Shown here in pieces: positions 49,057 through 58,798 of a DNA stretch of 64,000 nt; positions within the stretch are counted from its first letter, which is position 1, and each line of letters begins with the position of its first letter. The stretch is from a virus: the IMG/VR virus record IMGVR_UViG_3300043788_000040, positions 106,564 through 170,563 of that record. One strand, 5' to 3'. The position numbers were made by a program, and so were the translations under genes. The notes under the pieces are model-generated. The model was given only the letters and a program-made list of their open reading frames with translations. It was not told the origin of the DNA and made no database searches.

Positions 49057-49790
49057 TGGCCGAAACAGTCTACGTGCTGATGAGCCAAGAAGGCTCCGGC
49101 AAGAACAAGATGTGGCGTCCCGTTGCCGTGGTGTCCAACCCGGACCTCGCGACCCAGTGGATGGAGTACGGCAAGGACGTGGACTGGGTTCCTCTCGAAC
49201 TTGACGAGGTCAAGAACATCTCGCCGGGAAACACGCCCTCTTTCCACGCCCGCGAGACCACGCCAGGCGAAGCAAAAGCGACTGAACTGAGCGAGCGGAT
49301 GGACGCAACGATTGAGCGGATGCAGAAAATCATTGACGATCAAGCGAAGCTCATCAAGAAGCTGATGAAGGGAAAGCAGGGCGCAGCCGAAGACTCAACG
49401 CCGCCGAAGCCCTCCGGCTTCGCTGAGCGCCTGAATAATGGCGATGAGATAGCCGACTACATAGAGACATGGGCAGGCTACCCCGTTGATAACGAATTTG
49501 TGAGTGAACGGTTTCGTGACCATCATGCTGAATTGAAGCTCTTGCCCATCACGGAGATAAAGCCGGGCTGGCAGGGCGCGAACGTGCGGAACCCAGCGAA
49601 CGAGCGCAAGTATCAACGCATGAGTGTGAAGACGATCCCGCCGATACTCGTACAGGACGGCGTGATTGTAGACGGGCATCACAGGTTCCGCGCTGCCCAG
49701 AAGCGTGGCTTGACTCACCTGTGGGCGTATGTAGTAGACTGGGACAAGGGAGATGAACATGGTGACAGTAACGTCAACGGCAGCCGCTAA
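49056..49790 (+). CDS. Protein with C-terminal ParB/Srx-like domain
   Basis: PPILVQDGVIVDGHHRFRAA. Confidence 0.7.
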   Translation: MAETVYVLMSQEGSGKNKMWRPVAVVSNPDLATQWMEYGKDVDWVPLELDEVKNISPGNTPSFHARETTPGEAKATELSERMDATIERMQKIIDDQAKLIKKLMKGKQGAAEDSTPPKPSGFAERLNNGDEIADYIETWAGYPVDNEFVSERFRDHHAELKLLPITEIKPGWQGANVRNPANERKYQRMSVKTIPPILVQDGVIVDGHHRFRAAQKRGLTHLWAYVVDWDKGDEHGDSNVNGSR

Positions 49791-50088
49791 GCTCAAAGAA
49801 ATCTTGGAAAAACAGGACCCGATACCTGCTGCGGTGCGCATCGGTGTGCGTGGAGGCGGGTGTTCAGGCTTCTCCTACGCCTTGGAGTTTGACCACAATC
49901 CCAACGTGTCCGAGAACGATGAAGAGATTGATTTAGACGGACTGAAGGTCAGGGTGGACAACATGTCTGCCATGTACCTTGAGGGCTGCGAGGTTGACTA
50001 CGTGGAATCACTGGCGGGTGCGGGCTTCAAGTTCAACAACCCGAATGTGACACGTACCTGTGGCTGCGGAAGCTCTTTCAGCGTATAA
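49759..50088 (+). CDS. iscA: IscA/HesB iron-sulfur cluster carrier
   Basis: VRGGGCSGFSY, FKFNNPN...TCGCGSSF. Confidence 0.93.
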   Translation: MVTVTSTAAAKLKEILEKQDPIPAAVRIGVRGGGCSGFSYALEFDHNPNVSENDEEIDLDGLKVRVDNMSAMYLEGCEVDYVESLAGAGFKFNNPNVTRTCGCGSSFSV

Positions 50089-50654
50089 TTATGGGAATGT
50101 CAAACAGCGACGACGAAGGGGCAATCGCAGAACGCGAAGCCCTGTTGCGGTGGGCGGACGAAGCACCGGAACATCCCGGCAGCTACGAGCGAGCACCGAC
50201 CGAGGAAGAATCCGCTGCGCACAATGAAACTGTGCGTAAGTGGAAGGAACGGAAGCCACGCAGGCGACCGAAGTACGACCGATAGTTATGACTAACAAGC
50301 CAAGACGGGTCATCGTTGTTCACCTCGGCACCGAACGTGTAATCGAACTAGAAAACGGCCCGTTCAAGCTCTTCGGCAAAGACACAGAATACTACGAGGG
50401 GTGGGTCATGCCTCAGCCCCTTGATCCCTACGGCGAACCATACCACATCGTCTTCACAGCAGACCGCATAGTGAGAGAAGCATGAACAATTGCTGCGCCC
50501 GTGGCGAGCACGAGGGCAAGGTTGACGAGTATTACTGTACAGACGGCGGCACGGTCTTCCTGTGCGAGCGCCACTTGCCGACAGCCAGCATCGTCGTGTA
50601 TGATGGGAAGCAGCCGATCACGGTGAAGTACTACGACGAGGTCTACAGCAAGAA

Positions 50655-51284
50655 ATGAAATTCCCCTACAACAAAGTCCTTGTGATTCAAGCGCAGTACC
50701 AAGCGGGGAAGCTCAGCCGTGAGGATGCGAAGGAGCAGCTTGCGTACCTGCTTGATCTGAAGAACGACAACGATTTTTGTGCCGAAGCAGCAGGCGAGCC
50801 GACCGAGTACTACAAGCCCGCAAGCCACGGTCCGCTCCTGCGGCTGTCCGATGTCTGCAACACTCTACGCCTTTTCGCACGACTGTTCTGCACGCCCCAG
50901 CCAACCGATGATGAATGGAAGAAGAAAGAACGCCTTGAGCACTACGAGCATTTCCAGAAGGTAGACTTGGCGATCTCAAAAAGTTCTCTGCTGGATCGCC
51001 TGTTCTTCCAAGAAGAAGGCGTCCGCACAGTTCCTTGCCCCGAGCACAAGGGACGTTGGAGCGGATGCGTTTGGGACAAGCTGCCGTGCGGCTGCCAAAA
51101 CGGCGCGAACGTGACGGGCTGGCTGCCGCTGCCGGAGGATGAGGGCTACGTGGATGCCCCCGAGGCTCCGCTCTGTGACTTCTGCGGCAAGCCGCCACGC
51201 AAACAAGGGCTATGGAGCAGCCGGGTTGACAACAAGCACGGGCACCCTGAGTGCATGGACAAGAATCCAATGGTGAAGCCATGA
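50655..51284 (+). CDS. Cys-rich hypothetical protein
   Basis: CPEH...C...CGC, CDFC...HPEC. Confidence 0.6.
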   Translation: MKFPYNKVLVIQAQYQAGKLSREDAKEQLAYLLDLKNDNDFCAEAAGEPTEYYKPASHGPLLRLSDVCNTLRLFARLFCTPQPTDDEWKKKERLEHYEHFQKVDLAISKSSLLDRLFFQEEGVRTVPCPEHKGRWSGCVWDKLPCGCQNGANVTGWLPLPEDEGYVDAPEAPLCDFCGKPPRKQGLWSSRVDNKHGHPECMDKNPMVKP

Positions 51285-52127
51285 TCGGCGCAGGCACAAC
51301 AGCAACCGCTATTGACTGGCACAACCGTGTGAACTACTCGTCCCAACCCCCGACCGGAGGCTGGGACTACGAAGACGGCACACGCTACGCCAACTCGTAC
51401 TGTTCGCCTTCAAAGCCCGAACCGCCGAACCCACGCAAAGACCCCAAGAACTGGGCGCTGTGGTTCAGGGAGTTTCTGGCTGAAATCTTTCCCCGTGTCC
51501 GTATGGAGATTCTGACTCCAGCGGAGCCGATCTTGCAGAGACTTGCATACCGCTGCCGATCCGGTACAATCCCCATTCGTGAGTGGAAGATGAAGAACTG
51601 GGTGCAAGCCTTAAACCAGCAAATCTGAAAATTCCCGGTATTTGTTTCCCTAATAGGCGGATCAACCGCTAGAAAGGGAAACATGTACAAACAACCTAAA
51701 GCACCACGGCAGCGTACTCCGCGTTGCCCGCACCCCAATTGCCCATCAAATCAGGAGCCTTGGAACGACCCTTGGGAAGAGGCGCAATGCACTCTTAACA
51801 AGCCCCTTTGGATGGTCATACCGCCCGAGGGAGTCCATATCTCATGCCCGGTTCACCCGGAAGGGCACCACATCTACGGGCCGAGCATCACGTGGATGGA
51901 GGATCGTCTTCCCGACCCTCCCGGCACAACCCCTTGGGACTACAGGGAGACCAACCTGCCTGACCGTAAAAACGAGCCGAAATGCACCGGGACGGGCTTC
52001 ACGGGAAATGACACATTTAAGTTCTCAATGTGATTTTCCCTAATTTCGGGTATTATAGTAGAGCAGTCAAATCCAACCGACTTTAAGCAGACAGGTCTTA
52101 GTCGGTGACCTGAAAAGGAGACCCACC

Positions 52128-52994
52128 ATGGTCTATAGCCCGAACAAGGTAGTAGCTTGCGTTAAAGTGGACGGAAAGATTCTGCGTGAAGACGGTAATG
52201 CTGTCACGCTGCCTTTCGGTTCCGAGTATTCCGTTTTCATCAAAAACCTCAACCCACGCCGCATCAAGGTCAAAGTGTCTGTAGACGGTACCGACGCCAC
52301 GGAAGGCGCTTGGCTCGTCGTGGAACCGAACTCAGACTTCAACCTAGAACGCTTCATCCGTGCAGGCAACATGGAGAGAGGCAACCGCTTCAAGTTCATT
52401 GAGCGCACTGCGGCAATTGAAGAGCACCGGGGCATCAAGGCGGACGATGGTCTGATCCGCATTGAGTACCAAGTTGAGAAGGAAAAACCCCTCGTCATTG
52501 ACGTTGAAGAGCATTACCACCACTACGATCATTACGATTCGTGGCCTCGCCCGTGGCGGTACAGTGGCATCGCCCGTGGCGCTTCCCTTGGAAGCACTTT
52601 GAAGTCCGCCCAGCGACCGCTCCGACCCAGCGCAAGCGCAGGGAATCGGAAAGAAAGCGCAAAGAAGAGCGTTCGCCCCACGGGCGGCGCGGAATTCGGC
52701 GACCAACTCGGCTTTGAATCAACGATGGACTCGGCGGTGGTACAGTGCTCTTTCAACGACCAAGGCATCACCGTGCCGGGCAGCGAGTCTAACCAGCAGT
52801 TTCGTTGGACAGCAGGGTTTGAGACGGGACCGAGTGAGGTCATCGTTCTCCAGCTTCGTGGCTGCATCGCTGGCAAAGAAGTGGTCAAAGCAGTGACCGT
52901 GGAAACCAAGCTCCGTTGCGTGACGTGCAACAAGACGTCAAAGAGCACGGAGAAATTCTGCGGACAGTGCGGCACTGCTCTGGAGATCATCTAA
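52128..52994 (+). CDS. Hypothetical protein with C-terminal zinc ribbon
   Basis: SD AAGGAG; LPFGSEYS..IKN...VSVDG; CVTC...CGQCG. Confidence 0.75.
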   Translation: MVYSPNKVVACVKVDGKILREDGNAVTLPFGSEYSVFIKNLNPRRIKVKVSVDGTDATEGAWLVVEPNSDFNLERFIRAGNMERGNRFKFIERTAAIEEHRGIKADDGLIRIEYQVEKEKPLVIDVEEHYHHYDHYDSWPRPWRYSGIARGASLGSTLKSAQRPLRPSASAGNRKESAKKSVRPTGGAEFGDQLGFESTMDSAVVQCSFNDQGITVPGSESNQQFRWTAGFETGPSEVIVLQLRGCIAGKEVVKAVTVETKLRCVTCNKTSKSTEKFCGQCGTALEII

Positions 52995-53016
52995 CTAAAT
53001 CGGGTATTAGATAGGC

Positions 53017-53526
53017 ATGACGCCTCAAGAACATCATGCCTATCTTGATACCTGTTGCGAGTACGCCCGAATGTCCCCCTGCGCGAAGGCGCGGGTAGGC
53101 GCTCTAGTAGTGTCGGCTGGTCAGGTCGTCGGTACTGGCTACAACCATTCTCCAAATCCCGCATGCAACGATTGCGCCACGATGTGCTCTGGCGGTATCC
53201 GTAAAGGCATCCCCTCCGGCACACGGCTGGAACTTTGCTACGCCGTCCACGCAGAGCAGTGGGCGATCCACGAGGCCGGACCACTCGCCAAGGGCGGCAC
53301 GCTCTACGTCGCATCGTTTGACCAGGACTGGAAGAGGCGGCTCAAAGACCCGTCCCTCCCGCTGGGGCATCCCATGCGGGGTTTCTACTGCTCCCTCTGC
53401 GCCCGTGCCATCTGGATGGCGGGCATTGATCTTGTCATCACCGACAGCATCAACGGCATCATTGAGCACACACCCGAAGACATCTGGAAGGCCTCCTTTA
53501 GCTACGGCGTTGCCGCGAGTATTTAG
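53017..53526 (+). CDS. Cytidine/dCMP deaminase-family protein
   Basis: SPC...VGALVV...GYN...VHAEQWAI...CSLCARAI..AGI. Confidence 0.85.
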   Translation: MTPQEHHAYLDTCCEYARMSPCAKARVGALVVSAGQVVGTGYNHSPNPACNDCATMCSGGIRKGIPSGTRLELCYAVHAEQWAIHEAGPLAKGGTLYVASFDQDWKRRLKDPSLPLGHPMRGFYCSLCARAIWMAGIDLVITDSINGIIEHTPEDIWKASFSYGVAASI

Positions 53527-53530
53527 ACCT

Positions 53531-54061
53531 ATGGTTGAAAACGAGAACAAAGGTAAGAAGAAGGGCACGAAGCGCACGAAGTACGTGGTCGGCTTCATGC
53601 TAGACCCCACGCTGTCAAAGGTAGTCCTCATCCGTAAGCAGAAGCCCGTATGGCAGCAAGGGCTGCTCAACGGTGTCGGCGGTAAAGTCGGCGACAACAT
53701 TCCCGGCGAGACACCGGAGCAGGCGATCCACCGTGAGTTCAAGGAAGAGGCTGGCTTGGATAACTTGGACTGGAAGCCGTACCTCACGCTTCGGACACCG
53801 CACTCCGAACTTTACTTCTTCCGTGCAATCGGCAACGTCCACGGGGCGCAGACCCAGACGGAAGAGGACATCGGCGTGTACGACGTCCACGACATCATGG
53901 ACCGCTCCGACACGATACCGAACCTCCGCTGGTGCATCCAGATGGCTCGCACTTTCCACTTCGGCGAGCGTGCGCAGGAGTTCAAGGTTGAAGAAGTCAT
54001 GGTGCCGGAGTGGACTGGCAACGGCTACGAAGTCAAAGACGGAAAGTGGATCGGCAAATAA
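53531..54061 (+). CDS. NUDIX hydrolase
   Basis: NGVGGKV...GETPEQAIHREFKEEAG. Confidence 0.88.
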   Translation: MVENENKGKKKGTKRTKYVVGFMLDPTLSKVVLIRKQKPVWQQGLLNGVGGKVGDNIPGETPEQAIHREFKEEAGLDNLDWKPYLTLRTPHSELYFFRAIGNVHGAQTQTEEDIGVYDVHDIMDRSDTIPNLRWCIQMARTFHFGERAQEFKVEEVMVPEWTGNGYEVKDGKWIGK

Positions 54062-54062
54062 C

Positions 54063-55004
54063 TTGAAAATTGAATCAAAGCTCATTCTCACGAGCAAGAA
54101 CCGTGAAACAGGCGTGAGCCTTTACACGTTTGTCTTGACGTACCCCCGTGTGGTTCTAGCGGAGGTCAACACCCACCGCATGCTGTCCCGCAACACGGCG
54201 TCTTCTCGTGCCATCCCGGCGAAGAAGCAGCGCCAGCGTGTGCTTGACGACCCGTTTGTTCCCATCACGATAGGACAGAACCAGAAGGGCATGCAAGCTG
54301 GCGAGGAGCTTACAGGCTGGCGCAGATTCGTAGCGATCCAGACATGGAAACTCGCACGCTATCCGAACGTGCTGGCTTCGTGGATTCTGGAAAAGGTCGG
54401 GGCGCATAAGCAGGTTGTGAACCGCCTCGTGGAGACATGGACTTGGACGCAACAAGTTGTGACCTGCACGGACTTGAAGAACGTGTTCAAGCTGCGCAAC
54501 CACCCGGACGCCGAGCCTCACTTCCACGAACTTGCTCGTCAGATGCAGGAACAGGTGGAGTATGTGGAGAACCTGTTTGATGTCATAAATTTTGACTCCC
54601 GTGAACCTGACGGAAGACCCGCCGCATTGGATGACGTGAATCCTGGTCGGGGCATATACCGTGTGCAGATGCTCCGCCTCGGCGACTGGCACCTCCCGTT
54701 CATTGACTCCCGTGATGAGACGAAGGTGACTCCCACTCTTGATCTTGAGCCTGTCCCGCTGGAAACGCTGAAGCAGGTCAGCACTGCCCGCTGTGCGAGG
54801 ACGAGCTACTACCTACCGGAGAACGGGAAGTGGTCAACGGCCGACCGGGACGTGGAGCTTTGCACCCGCCTATCAAGCTCCGGGCACTGGAGTCCGTTTG
54901 AACACGTCGCCACGCCCGTCGCCGACCGCATCTACATTGGCAATTTTTTCTCGTGGAAACAGTATCGTAAAGAGTACGCCGAGGAACATGGGGGAGACAG
55001 GTGA
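54063..55004 (+). CDS. thyX: Flavin-dependent thymidylate synthase (phage type)
   Basis: AEVNTHRMLSRNTASSRAIP, HKQVVNRL, LR.HPDAEP, HWSPFEH; TTG start at 54063. Confidence 0.88.
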   Translation: MKIESKLILTSKNRETGVSLYTFVLTYPRVVLAEVNTHRMLSRNTASSRAIPAKKQRQRVLDDPFVPITIGQNQKGMQAGEELTGWRRFVAIQTWKLARYPNVLASWILEKVGAHKQVVNRLVETWTWTQQVVTCTDLKNVFKLRNHPDAEPHFHELARQMQEQVEYVENLFDVINFDSREPDGRPAALDDVNPGRGIYRVQMLRLGDWHLPFIDSRDETKVTPTLDLEPVPLETLKQVSTARCARTSYYLPENGKWSTADRDVELCTRLSSSGHWSPFEHVATPVADRIYIGNFFSWKQYRKEYAEEHGGDR

Positions 55005-55516
55005 GTTTTGGACCTATCCAAGCGGAAGAGGCTCAGCGCAAGGCTGCCAAGCTGCGTGAATGGGACGTGTTCTATCTGAACTTGGCACGATACGTTGCGA
55101 CCAAGTCCAAGGACCCGTCTACTCAGACCGGAGCAGTCATCATCCGCCCGGATGGGTCGCCAGCGTCCTTTGGATTCAACGGGTTTCCTCGTGGCATGAA
55201 CGACAGCCCGGAACTTTATGCCAACCGGGACATCAAGTACTCCCGTACTGTCCACTGCGAAATGAACGCGATGATCTTCGCCCGGCAGGACTTGAAGGGC
55301 GCAACGCTGTACACATGGCCTTTCGCCTCGTGCGACCGCTGCGCCGTCCACATGATTCAGGCTGGCATCAAGCGCTTCGTTTATCCATCCATGCCGCCAG
55401 AAAAAGCGGCACGTTGGGCTACCAGCATGGACACGGCCGCCAGCTATATGAGGGAAGCCGGGTGTGAAGTGGTGGAAGTCCCCTTGGAAGAGATTCCCTC
55501 GGTTGTGCTAGAATAG
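55001..55516 (+). CDS. dCMP deaminase
   Basis: SKDPSTQTGAVI, GFNGFPRG, VHCEMNA, CDRCAVHMIQAGIK. Confidence 0.92.
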   Translation: MSFGPIQAEEAQRKAAKLREWDVFYLNLARYVATKSKDPSTQTGAVIIRPDGSPASFGFNGFPRGMNDSPELYANRDIKYSRTVHCEMNAMIFARQDLKGATLYTWPFASCDRCAVHMIQAGIKRFVYPSMPPEKAARWATSMDTAASYMREAGCEVVEVPLEEIPSVVLE

Positions 55517-55523
55517 GAACATT

Positions 55524-56432
55524 ATGCCACGCAAAGAAAACAAGCTTCGCCCTTACCGGGTAGACTTCTTTGATGTTGATGAAATGAAAGACTACGACTT
55601 GGCTCTCGTCCGGTCGCAGGTAGTCCGTGCCGTCACCGCCGATGATGCGGTGTACGAAGTTCTGACGAGACCCGAGGACGACAGCGACTTTGAGTACCCG
55701 TCCCTCGTCCTGATCCGTGCCTACCGCTACTACAAAAACCTCGTTCACAAGAAAGACGTTTACAAAGCTGTTGAAGACCTGTTCACTGCGAACAAAGCAG
55801 TTCAAGTCATGGAAGCAGTGGAGAACTACCGCAAGAAGAAAGCCGAGTGGGCTGCGGCACCGAAGCCAGTTGTGGTGCCTATTTCTACTGATCCTGCCGG
55901 GCATGTAACACGCATATCTGATTCCAGTCTGTACGACGAAGTCTGCGTGAACTGCGGAGCGACGGACACCAGCGGCAAATTGGATCAGCCCTGCCCCTCA
56001 GCACCCGCAATCGTTCCTGCCCCACCTGCACCAACATCAGGTCCCGACAGCCCCGCAACTGTTGCCGTGGTAGCCGATCTTCAGGGCATGATCGCACACG
56101 ATGCGCATGAACAAGCGATGGACACGTTCAAACCCGACAGTGTACCGGAAGGCAAGCGCTTCCCTGACCCAACGAATGCACCAATTACGGAACAGCCGAC
56201 AGCCGTCGCTGAACAAGCCGGAAGAGCACCTACGTCGTGGACTTACGGAATACCCGGCTTGCCGGAACCTGCGATTGAACCAGACCAAGCTGTCGGCGCA
56301 GAAGCCCGCCCTCCACTCAATAGCCCGATGCCTGATGCTTCCGACGATTACATGCCGCTGTGGGGGAAGCTCATCCTCTTCGGCAGCGTGTTGCTTCTCG
56401 CTCTCAGCATTATTCATTACCTACGCCACTAA
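55524..56432 (+). CDS. Pro-rich protein with C-terminal membrane anchor
   Basis: CVNC; C-terminal hydrophobic segment. Confidence 0.6.
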   Translation: MPRKENKLRPYRVDFFDVDEMKDYDLALVRSQVVRAVTADDAVYEVLTRPEDDSDFEYPSLVLIRAYRYYKNLVHKKDVYKAVEDLFTANKAVQVMEAVENYRKKKAEWAAAPKPVVVPISTDPAGHVTRISDSSLYDEVCVNCGATDTSGKLDQPCPSAPAIVPAPPAPTSGPDSPATVAVVADLQGMIAHDAHEQAMDTFKPDSVPEGKRFPDPTNAPITEQPTAVAEQAGRAPTSWTYGIPGLPEPAIEPDQAVGAEARPPLNSPMPDASDDYMPLWGKLILFGSVLLLALSIIHYLRH

Positions 56433-56459
56433 TCTCTCAACTTCAGTATTACAATTCTA

Positions 56460-56543
56460 GCGGCTCACGACCTAAAGCCCCGCCTTCAGTCTTCCGCGAT
56501 CCGGTCCGCCAACGGAAGGCGAGGGGATGCAATCGAGAGCCGC
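56460..56543 (+). ncRNA. Candidate rod-shaped structured RNA or dUTPase leader
   Basis: Follows GTATTAC (56446); GCGGCTC.CGA / TCG.GAGCCGC, CCCC.GCCTTC / GAAGGC..GGGG. Confidence 0.45.
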
Positions 56544-56559
56544 GAGGATTCTATGTAAA

Positions 56560-56991
56560 ATGTTGAAGGTAAAAAAGCTTGACCCCGGAGCAACACTTCC
56601 GACTTGTGCCCGTCCCGGTGAGGATTTAGCATTTGATGTTTACTCGCTAGAGGACGCTGAACTGAACTATGCACGAGTGCGACGCTTGCGCACGGGGGTA
56701 GCCCTAGAGATGGAAGGGTTCGGGTTTCTTGTTCGTGACCGTTCTTCCATGGCCTACCCAAAAGGGTTCCTAACCTGCGGAGGTGTTATTGACCGTGGGT
56801 ACCGTGGTGAGATATTCATCAACCTCATTCTCTTCGGAACCGCGGAGAGTATGGAGTTCAGGATTCGGCGTGGCGACAAAATCGCCCAGTTGATTCCTAT
56901 CCGCCCGGAAACGATGGTACAGATCGTTGAGGTTGACGAACTTTCCCCATCCGATCGCGGAGAGAAGGGTTACGGCAGTTCCGGTCGTTGA
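56560..56991 (+). CDS. dut: dUTPase (trimeric)
   Basis: AFDVY, DRSSMA, GVIDRGYRGEI, GDKIAQL, RGEKGYGSSG. Confidence 0.93.
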   Translation: MLKVKKLDPGATLPTCARPGEDLAFDVYSLEDAELNYARVRRLRTGVALEMEGFGFLVRDRSSMAYPKGFLTCGGVIDRGYRGEIFINLILFGTAESMEFRIRRGDKIAQLIPIRPETMVQIVEVDELSPSDRGEKGYGSSGR

Positions 56992-57156
56992 TCATGAAGC
57001 GGCGTGTTTTGATCTTCGCAGCATCAGCTATCGTTTCGCTGGCGATTGTCCTTGCCACGATGCAGATGGTCTGCAACTACGTCAACCGCATCTACGGGAC
57101 CTCCTACCACGTATTGCCCTCACATCACGTGACTTGGTTGGTGAAATAGGTGTATA

Positions 57157-57687
57157 GTGGTCTTGGGGGAGTTTATGGCGCTACGGGAAGAACTGATGCA
57201 GATACGGCAGGCTGGGATGGAAAAAGCCGCCGAAGTCTGGGAATTCTTGGAAAACCTCCCGAGTCCGGTAGACCCCGCCAACGTGTACAAAGCTGCAACC
57301 TCCCTGAAATGTGCGGAGTTCATCAACCGCATCCGCAACCATAAAATCGCCCCAGTGCTTGCGAAGATCATGCTTCAGTTTTTGGATGACACCCTTGCTA
57401 TAGTTGGTCTTGATTCCGGGGAAGTGTTTGAGGGAGCACGTGTGTTGCAGATCATTGAAGAGACCATGCCGTTGACCCCCGAAATTTACAACGACGCACT
57501 GGCCTACGCGACACGCCAGCACGTGTACGATGGACTGCTTCTGCTGGCGTCCGCCCGGCTTGGCAAGGAAGTAGAAACCAAAAAGCGTTTAGACGATATG
57601 CAGGAGAGTGTGGCGATGGTATGGCTGATGAGCCGTCTTGAAGAAAGCGGCATACAGTTTGACCCCAACGCGCCACCACAAGCATGA
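57157..57687 (+). CDS. Hypothetical protein
   Basis: Helical ORF in the + strand run. Confidence 0.55.
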   Translation: MVLGEFMALREELMQIRQAGMEKAAEVWEFLENLPSPVDPANVYKAATSLKCAEFINRIRNHKIAPVLAKIMLQFLDDTLAIVGLDSGEVFEGARVLQIIEETMPLTPEIYNDALAYATRQHVYDGLLLLASARLGKEVETKKRLDDMQESVAMVWLMSRLEESGIQFDPNAPPQA

Positions 57688-58172
57688 ACGACGAAGTTGA
57701 ACTGATTTTTCACGAAGAGCGGGAACGGAAAATCCTGCGTGAAGCCATGGAAAGACTTGACCTGTCCGCCACGGCGGTCATCCGCTACTGGGCACGGATG
57801 GGGCAGCTTGTTGACCACCAGATTCAGCAGGGGTACAAGCTCGCTTGGGTTAAGAATGGTGAGGTTGTTGATCCGTTCGGCATGGACAAAAAGGCATCAG
57901 CCACGCTTTCCTGCGGCTGCGATGTTGGCACCTGCATCTGCGATTACGAGAAGGACTGATGAAAGCCAAAGTCACATTGACGCCCGACCTCCTGAAGCGC
58001 TTGCTTGAAGGGAAGCCCCTCCAGTTCAAGCTCCCCAAGGCTGTGACAGAGGTAGAAATTGCCATTGAAGAAGACATTTTTGACAGGTTTGACCGCATTT
58101 TCAACAAGCTTTGGAACAAGGCGCTGGACAAGCTAGATAAACTCACATAGGCGACCCCTTAATAGGGACCCT

Positions 58173-58763
58173 ATGCCACGATACATTGACGTCAACTCGG
58201 AACGCCTGTCCAACCTCCACGGAGCGCTTGAACTTATTGAAAGCGTTGACCGTGATGCTTTCCGCAACCTTGACCTGCACATCTACGGCATCACCAATAA
58301 CCCCCAGATCGTGGACGCCGCCAAGGAAGCCATCGCCGAGAACGCAGATGTCTCCGAAGAGGACGTGCAGCTTTCCGAGGTCGCCGTCGCTATCCCCTTG
58401 AGTTCAGACATCATCTACTACCTTGCCGGGAGCGGGTTGAACCTGCGCCGCGAGGACTTCGCCTACATGGGCGGAGGCGGTGAGGGCATCCGTACCATGA
58501 GTTTCACGTTTTCCCACTACAAGCCGCAAGTGACCTTGAGCTATTTCAGCAAGCTTGCCCTAGCCTCCTCCGATGCTTGGCTGGACGACTTCCTGAAGAA
58601 GGAAGGCTCCGGCAAGCCCGCAGCGGTCGCCCAGAACGTCCGACGCACCGAAGAGGCAACTCAGCCCGGTGCTCCGGCTACAACGCCGCCAGCAGCCCCG
58701 CAGCAAGCACAAATGCCCAAACAGACATCCCTCGCCAGTATCCTTGACGAATTCCTAGACTAA
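58173..58763 (+). CDS. Hypothetical protein
   Basis: 196 aa with strong C-ending codon bias. Confidence 0.65.
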   Translation: MPRYIDVNSERLSNLHGALELIESVDRDAFRNLDLHIYGITNNPQIVDAAKEAIAENADVSEEDVQLSEVAVAIPLSSDIIYYLAGSGLNLRREDFAYMGGGGEGIRTMSFTFSHYKPQVTLSYFSKLALASSDAWLDDFLKKEGSGKPAAVAQNVRRTEEATQPGAPATTPPAAPQQAQMPKQTSLASILDEFLD

Positions 58764-58798
58764 AACACCCTTTCCGCCGAGTCCGGCATCAAAGGACT

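Noticed and set aside
53673-54062. N-terminal extension of ThyX or a NUDIX-ThyX fusion
   Set aside because: Overlaps NUDIX in another frame with non-protein-like composition; TTG at 54063 is the plausible start
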